Shown here piece by piece: positions 55,242 through 60,154 of a stretch of DNA of 60,154 bases; the stretch's first letter is position 1, and each line of letters opens with the position of its first letter. This stretch comes from an uncultured Bacilli bacterium (GTDB lineage Bacteria > Bacillota_I > Bacilli_A > RF39 > UBA660). A model generated the notes under the pieces. It was not told the origin of the DNA. It did not search any database and saw only the letters and a list, made by a program, of their open reading frames with translations. The translations under genes and the position numbers were made by a program. The stretch spans positions 1 through 60,154 of the forward strand of contig CALVVR010000002.1 of assembly GCA_944363915.1 (NCBI GenBank), given 5' to 3'.

Positions 55242-56054
55242 TTACTTTTGACATTTTTCACAATAATAAGTTCCTCTGCCATTGATTTTAACTTTAGTTA
55301 CCTTAGTATGACAAAATGGACATACATCTTTAGTATGAACTAATAGTTCGTTTTGAAATTTACCATGCACTCCTTCACTTGAAGTATAACTTTTAATAGT
55401 TGTCCCACCTAATTGAATGGCTTTTTCTAAAACTAATTTGGTATTTTTGATAATATCATTTAATTCTTCATCAGTTAAAGCATTAGCTTTTTTATAAGGG
55501 TTTATTTTACTTAAATATAATATTTCATCAGCATAAATATTACCGATTCCAACAATAATTGATTGATCTAATAAAACCGACTTGATTGGTAATTTTTTAT
55601 TTTTATATTTATCTTTTAAATAATTACTATTTAAATTAGGTTCCCATGGTTCATATCCTAATTCATTTAATGGTTTTACATTATATGCATCTTTCTTATC
55701 TAATAAATACATCCTTCCAAACTTACGAGTATCATTATATCTTAATTCAAAATCTTTAAACTTAAAAATAACGTGTTGGTGACGAGTTATTTCATCATTA
55801 AAGTTTTTAATATAGTATTTACCTTCCATTCTTAAATGTGATAATAAATAATAATCATTTAGTTCAAATAACAACCATTTTCCTCTTCTTTTTATATCAA
55901 TGATTGTTTGATTTCTTATTTTTTTTATAAATTCTTCAACACTTGGTTTTTCAATAATATTAGGATAATTAACTACTACATCTAATATTTTTTGATTTAA
56001 TATTTGTTTTTTTAATGTTTCTTTTACTGTTTCTACTTCTGGTAATTCAGGCAT
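55242..56054 (-). CDS. mutM: Formamidopyrimidine-DNA glycosylase
   Basis: MPELPEVE N-terminus and C-terminal zinc finger CPFC...C.KCQ. ATG at 56054 after GGAGGA. Confidence 0.9.
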   Translation of the reverse strand: MPELPEVETVKETLKKQILNQKILDVVVNYPNIIEKPSVEEFIKKIRNQTIIDIKRRGKWLLFELNDYYLLSHLRMEGKYYIKNFNDEITRHQHVIFKFKDFELRYNDTRKFGRMYLLDKKDAYNVKPLNELGYEPWEPNLNSNYLKDKYKNKKLPIKSVLLDQSIIVGIGNIYADEILYLSKINPYKKANALTDEELNDIIKNTKLVLEKAIQLGGTTIKSYTSSEGVHGKFQNELLVHTKDVCPFCHTKVTKVKINGRGTYYCEKCQK

Positions 56055-56755
56055 AATTCCTCCAACTGGTAATCGCATTTAATTATTTTATCAATATTAA
56101 TAATTAGATCATGATTAATTTTACTAAAATATAATCTTACTTTTAATTCTTTATTATTTTCTAAATTTAATTTTTTGCACAAAATTTTTCCCATATTGAT
56201 TGTTTTATAATTTAATTTATTCAAATAATCTTCAAAAAAAGGATAATGAGTGCAACCTAAAACAATCACATCAACTTTTGGTAATTTTTTCAAGTATTCA
56301 TCTAATATGGTTTGGTAATCTAAGTTGTTTTCAATCAAATTAACTAATTTAGGACAAGGTACTTGGTATATTTCTTTATTTATCTTATTAAATATATTAC
56401 TTTTAATTGTCATCTCAGTAGCTAAAACACCTACTGCTTTATAATCACTATTATTTAAATATTCGATAGTTGGACTAATAATATCATAAATTGGCAAGTT
56501 ATATTTTTCTTTTAATTCCAAATAAATATTTGAACTTATCGTACCACAAGCGATAACAATTATATCAACTTCTTTAGTAATTAAAAAATCGATGATTTTG
56601 CTTGATAATATTTTTAACTCATATTTTGATTTAGTACCATATGGAATATTAATATTATCACCAAAATAATAATAAGTGTTGTTAGGATATTTGTTTATTA
56701 GTTCTTTTAAAACAAATAAACCACCTATTCCTGAATCAAAAACACCAATTCGCAT
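56033..56755 (-). CDS. murI: Glutamate racemase
   Basis: IGVFDSGIGGL, IACGT and LGCTHYPF motifs. ATG at 56755 after AAGGAAGGA. Confidence 0.85.
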   Translation of the reverse strand: MRIGVFDSGIGGLFVLKELINKYPNNTYYYFGDNINIPYGTKSKYELKILSSKIIDFLITKEVDIIVIACGTISSNIYLELKEKYNLPIYDIISPTIEYLNNSDYKAVGVLATEMTIKSNIFNKINKEIYQVPCPKLVNLIENNLDYQTILDEYLKKLPKVDVIVLGCTHYPFFEDYLNKLNYKTINMGKILCKKLNLENNKELKVRLYFSKINHDLIINIDKIIKCDYQLEELCLNYQK

Positions 56756-56776
56756 TATTATCCTTCCTTTCAATAT

Positions 56777-57700
56777 TTACTTATTTTTTATAATTTTTAT
56801 TATTAATATAACAATTAAACAAGCAATAAAACCAATTATTATATAAACTGTTGTAGAATTTGATTGGGATTTTTCAGTTGTCTCAACAATTTCTTTCTTA
56901 TTTTGAACTGCTTCTTTTCTTATAATAATTAGGTTATATTCTTTTTTAGATTCATCTTCTGCTGTTACTGTTATTGTATATTTATTTTCTCCTACTTTTA
57001 AAGCTTTTTGCCCAGTTCCAGTAACTTGAGCTTTCTCGTCTTCTGGTTTCGCACTAATAGTTATAATTTGAATATCATTATCCACTTCTAATGTATATTC
57101 AGTAATATTTTTATCAAAGTTAAAATTTTCAACATCAACAATTAATTCACTTAAATAATTATTATTTGATTTTTCTTCTTTTATATTCGTATCATCATCT
57201 ATATTGGTTTGAGTATTGGAATTTGTATTACTAAAACTGGTATTATTAGAATTAACAGGTGTCTTAGAAGCATCATCCAAATAGATAAAACCAATTAAAT
57301 TACCACTAGTTACAGATCTTTTGATACCTTCTATTATTCCTTCGTTTTCTTCAGTAACCATTCCACCCTCATTCGTTATCATATAATCGCCATCTACCGA
57401 AACAACATACCCTACATGACCATATCCATCAATTGAAGACCATACTGCTATTGAATTTGGTTTAGCTTCCCTTCCAACTGAATAACCAGCTTGTTTCGCA
57501 CTATTATACCAAGTTTGGGCATTATCCCATCCTGGTAAAGCAACGCCGGTATTTTCATAAGCTTGTTGCCAAGCATACCAAGTACATCTTACTGTTTTAA
57601 TATTGTAAAGTTCTTGATATTTACCATAAGGATTAGTAGCAGCATAAACATTTGGAATGAATAATGAAATAAGAAGCAAAAACAATAATAATTTCTTCAT
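56777..57700 (-). CDS. Secreted CHAP-domain amidase with a cadherin-like beta-sandwich domain and C-terminal TM anchor
   Basis: Signal peptide, CHAP catalytic Cys (CTWYAWQQA) and His (GHVGYV), Asn/Thr-rich linker, YLSEL..V segment, and a C-terminal hydrophobic anchor. Confidence 0.8.
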   Translation of the reverse strand: MKKLLLFLLLISLFIPNVYAATNPYGKYQELYNIKTVRCTWYAWQQAYENTGVALPGWDNAQTWYNSAKQAGYSVGREAKPNSIAVWSSIDGYGHVGYVVSVDGDYMITNEGGMVTEENEGIIEGIKRSVTSGNLIGFIYLDDASKTPVNSNNTSFSNTNSNTQTNIDDDTNIKEEKSNNNYLSELIVDVENFNFDKNITEYTLEVDNDIQIITISAKPEDEKAQVTGTGQKALKVGENKYTITVTAEDESKKEYNLIIIRKEAVQNKKEIVETTEKSQSNSTTVYIIIGFIACLIVILIIKIIKNK

Positions 57701-57721
57701 AATTGTTATCCTTTCTATATG

Positions 57722-58735
57722 CTACCATCTATCACATTTTAAATTATATTCATCACATAATTCTTCAGTTAAAAAAGCATTTTTATAAGAATCATAACTA
57801 CCACAAGGGCCTTTAAACAAAGTTGAACCAGATAATATTTCTTGAATTTCTTTATTAGCTGTCATACCATCGGATTTTATATCAAGTCCATTAAAGAATA
57901 TATAGTCATAAGAAAAACTGATGCGATGATTATCAATACTATAAGTAATATTACTAATTCCACTATATTTACTATTCTTATATTTTTCAAAAGCATTTTT
58001 TAATTGATTTTCTTTAGTTATATTAAATTTTATTGAATTAATATTGTTAATAATGCCTTCGTTAGAAATTTCTGTTTTAAGAGCATAAATATCTTCACCA
58101 GGAAAATAAGATGCTGTTGAAATTCCATTATTATTTTTTGTGATTTTGGCATTTAGAAAAATATCGTTTAAATTTGTTGCAAACATATAGAAAAAGCAAG
58201 TAGAATCTCCCGTATCAAGATGATACAAAGTAACGCTAATATCATCATTTAGATTAATAACATCTGATTTGTTGGTATTTGTACTACTTATAGATTGATT
58301 GTTAGAAGATTGATATAAAGACTGATTAGTAGTTTGATTATCTCCCTCATTATTCGTTTGATTAGTTTCATCTTTTTGCCATTTAGCTTTTAATGTTATT
58401 TCAGAAGTTACTTTTGTATTAAAGTCATATTGTTTGCCATCTAGTTCCCAATATTCAAAAGTATACCCTTCTTTTTCAGGAATAGATGTTTCGATAATAA
58501 CTTCATTTTCTTTAACAACAACACTATCAATACTAGTGCCACCATTTGAATCAAAAGTTACGGTATAATATATTTCTTTTGGTACTGTTTCAGCATTAGA
58601 ATTGATTGGAGCTAATTCATTATTTTCATCTTTTAAAGCTATAAATAAAATTATAGCAATTAACAAAACAAAGCCTAATATTAATAAAGCTATTAAATAA
58701 AATTTATTTTTTAATATATTTTTTAGCTTAGTCAA
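57722..58735 (-). CDS. Membrane-anchored surface protein with a Listeria-Bacteroides (InlB B-type) repeat
   Basis: N-terminal TM helix. YTVTFDSNGGTSI....GYTFEYW.LDG..Y......V....TL.AKW repeat. C-terminal ~190 aa are unrecognised. TTG start. Confidence 0.6.
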   Translation of the reverse strand: MTKLKNILKNKFYLIALLILGFVLLIAIILFIALKDENNELAPINSNAETVPKEIYYTVTFDSNGGTSIDSVVVKENEVIIETSIPEKEGYTFEYWELDGKQYDFNTKVTSEITLKAKWQKDETNQTNNEGDNQTTNQSLYQSSNNQSISSTNTNKSDVINLNDDISVTLYHLDTGDSTCFFYMFATNLNDIFLNAKITKNNNGISTASYFPGEDIYALKTEISNEGIINNINSIKFNITKENQLKNAFEKYKNSKYSGISNITYSIDNHRISFSYDYIFFNGLDIKSDGMTANKEIQEILSGSTLFKGPCGSYDSYKNAFLTEELCDEYNLKCDRW

Positions 58736-58788
58736 TCTTCTACACTTCCTTTATAAATGTATTTCAATTGTATTATTTTACAACTATA

Positions 58789-60072
58789 TTATTTAGCCTT
58801 AATAACTTCTAAACCTCCCATATAAGGTTGTAAAGCTTTAGGTATTTTGATACTGCCATCTTTTTGATAATTATTTTCTAAAAAAGCAATTAGTCCACGA
58901 GGAGTAGCTAAAACAGTATTATTTAAAGTGTGTAAATAATAGTTTTCTTTATCATTTTTAACTCTTATTCCTAATCTTCTTGCTTGAGCATCACCTAAAG
59001 TTGAACAAGATCCTACTTCAAAATATTTTTGTTGTCTTGGGCTCCATGCTTCAACATCACATGATTTAACTTTTAAATCAGCTAAATCACCACTACAACA
59101 TTCAAGCGTTCTAACGGGAACATCCAAACTTCTAAAAAACTCTACCGTAAATTGCCACATTTTATTATACCAATCCATTGAATCTTCTGGTTTACATAAA
59201 ACAACCATTTCTTGTTTTTCAAATTGATGAACACGATAAACGCCACGCTCTTCAATTCCGTGAGCTCCAACTTCTTTTCTAAAACATGGAGAATAACTTG
59301 TTAAAGTAATTGGTAAACTTTCTTCTTTTATAATTTGATTTTTAAATTTGCCAATCATAGAGTGTTCGCTAGTTCCAATTAAGTATAAATCTTCATTTTC
59401 AATTTTATACATCATATTATTCATTTCTTCAAATGACATAACTCCACTTACAACATCGCTTCTAATCATAAAAGGTGGTATACAATATGTAAAACCTTTG
59501 TTAATCATAAAATCTCTTGCGTAAGATAACATAGCAGAATGAAGTCTAGCTATGTCGCCCATTAAATAATAAAAACCATTACCACTAGTTCTTCCTGCAC
59601 TTTCTTTATCAATACCATTAAATTCTTCCATAATATCAGCATGATATGGTATTTCATAATCAGGGACAATTGGATCACCAAATTTTTCAATTTCAACATT
59701 TTCACTATCATCTTTGCCAATAGGTACAGATGCATCAATTATATTTGGAATAACCATCATCTTTTCTTTGATTTGTTGTTCTAAAATAATTTCTTTTTCT
59801 TCTAATGTTTTAATTTCTTCGGCATACTTACTAACTTCTTCTTTAATTTTATTAGCTTCATCTTTTTTACCTTGTTGCATAAGTATACCTATTTCACTGC
59901 TCTTTTTATTTTTTAAAGCTCGTAAATTATCACCTTTTAGTTTACTTTCACGATATTCCTTATCTAAAGTAATAATTTCATCAACTAAAGATAGTTTTTT
60001 GTTTTGAAATTTCTTTCTAATATTTCCTTTTACTAATTCACTATTTTCTCTTATTAATTTAATATCAATCAT
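58789..60072 (-). CDS. serS: Serine--tRNA ligase
   Basis: N-terminal coiled-coil arm (MIDIKLIREN) and class II motifs (FRKE.G..G...RG..RVHQF.K.E). ATG at 60072. Its leader runs off the window. Confidence 0.93.
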   Translation of the reverse strand: MIDIKLIRENSELVKGNIRKKFQNKKLSLVDEIITLDKEYRESKLKGDNLRALKNKKSSEIGILMQQGKKDEANKIKEEVSKYAEEIKTLEEKEIILEQQIKEKMMVIPNIIDASVPIGKDDSENVEIEKFGDPIVPDYEIPYHADIMEEFNGIDKESAGRTSGNGFYYLMGDIARLHSAMLSYARDFMINKGFTYCIPPFMIRSDVVSGVMSFEEMNNMMYKIENEDLYLIGTSEHSMIGKFKNQIIKEESLPITLTSYSPCFRKEVGAHGIEERGVYRVHQFEKQEMVVLCKPEDSMDWYNKMWQFTVEFFRSLDVPVRTLECCSGDLADLKVKSCDVEAWSPRQQKYFEVGSCSTLGDAQARRLGIRVKNDKENYYLHTLNNTVLATPRGLIAFLENNYQKDGSIKIPKALQPYMGGLEVIKAK

Positions 60073-60154
60073 TATAAATCTTCCTCTCATAATAAAGTCA
60101 AGTATTTTCTATACAAAACTTTATAATTTTTTATTTTTTTATTTATTTCAGTTA

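Noticed and set aside
1-60154. Looked for CRISPR arrays, tandem repeats, rRNA genes, and defence-system signatures such as large ATPase/nuclease pairs, restriction-modification or toxin-antitoxin genes.
   Set aside because: I found no regularly spaced direct repeats and no such gene content by eye. The only repeat structures seen are the 17-bp IR pair, terminator hairpins and the paralogous XRE cassettes.

Overview
Very AT-rich Firmicutes chromosomal segment (GC not computed), transcribed almost entirely on the minus strand. Most of it is housekeeping genes in Bacilli/Erysipelotrichia-type synteny blocks: tkt-sirA-yneF-gltX, ireB-ruvX-yrzB-mltG-trmR, cmk-alaS, rlmN-prpC-prkC-rsgA-rpe-frr, sepF-divIVA-Tbox-ileS, Tbox-orf-glyQS, dnaB-dnaI, ftsY-ylxM, murI-mutM, rnj and serS. 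Sporulation genes are also present (pro-sigK, a CotD-like protein, a SirA-like protein), along with two tRNAs (Gly-GCC, Lys-CUU), two T-box leaders and a ~175-nt 6S-like rod-shaped ncRNA with its own promoter and terminator. The stand-out is an ~11-kb accessory insertion (about 11.4-22.3 kb) that splits the alaS / ireB(yrzL) neighbourhood, which is contiguous in Bacillus subtilis. It carries an orphan hybrid histidine kinase, an AMP-dependent ligase, an inverted-repeat-bounded degenerate element, and a tightly overlapped operon at 12241-17823. That operon encodes a SPASM-only radical-SAM pseudoenzyme, an unannotated 24-aa peptide (MKKLKLNLKVITYAACSMNVNGGG), three radical SAM/SPASM enzymes (the first split by a frameshift in an A8 tract), a PqqD-like RRE protein, an amidohydrolase_2 protein and a GNAT. 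I read this as a RiPP or peptide-derived-cofactor biosynthetic system that does not fit a named class; this is the main candidate for a novel system. All calls rest on motif recognition and manual translation. No database search or folding program was run.
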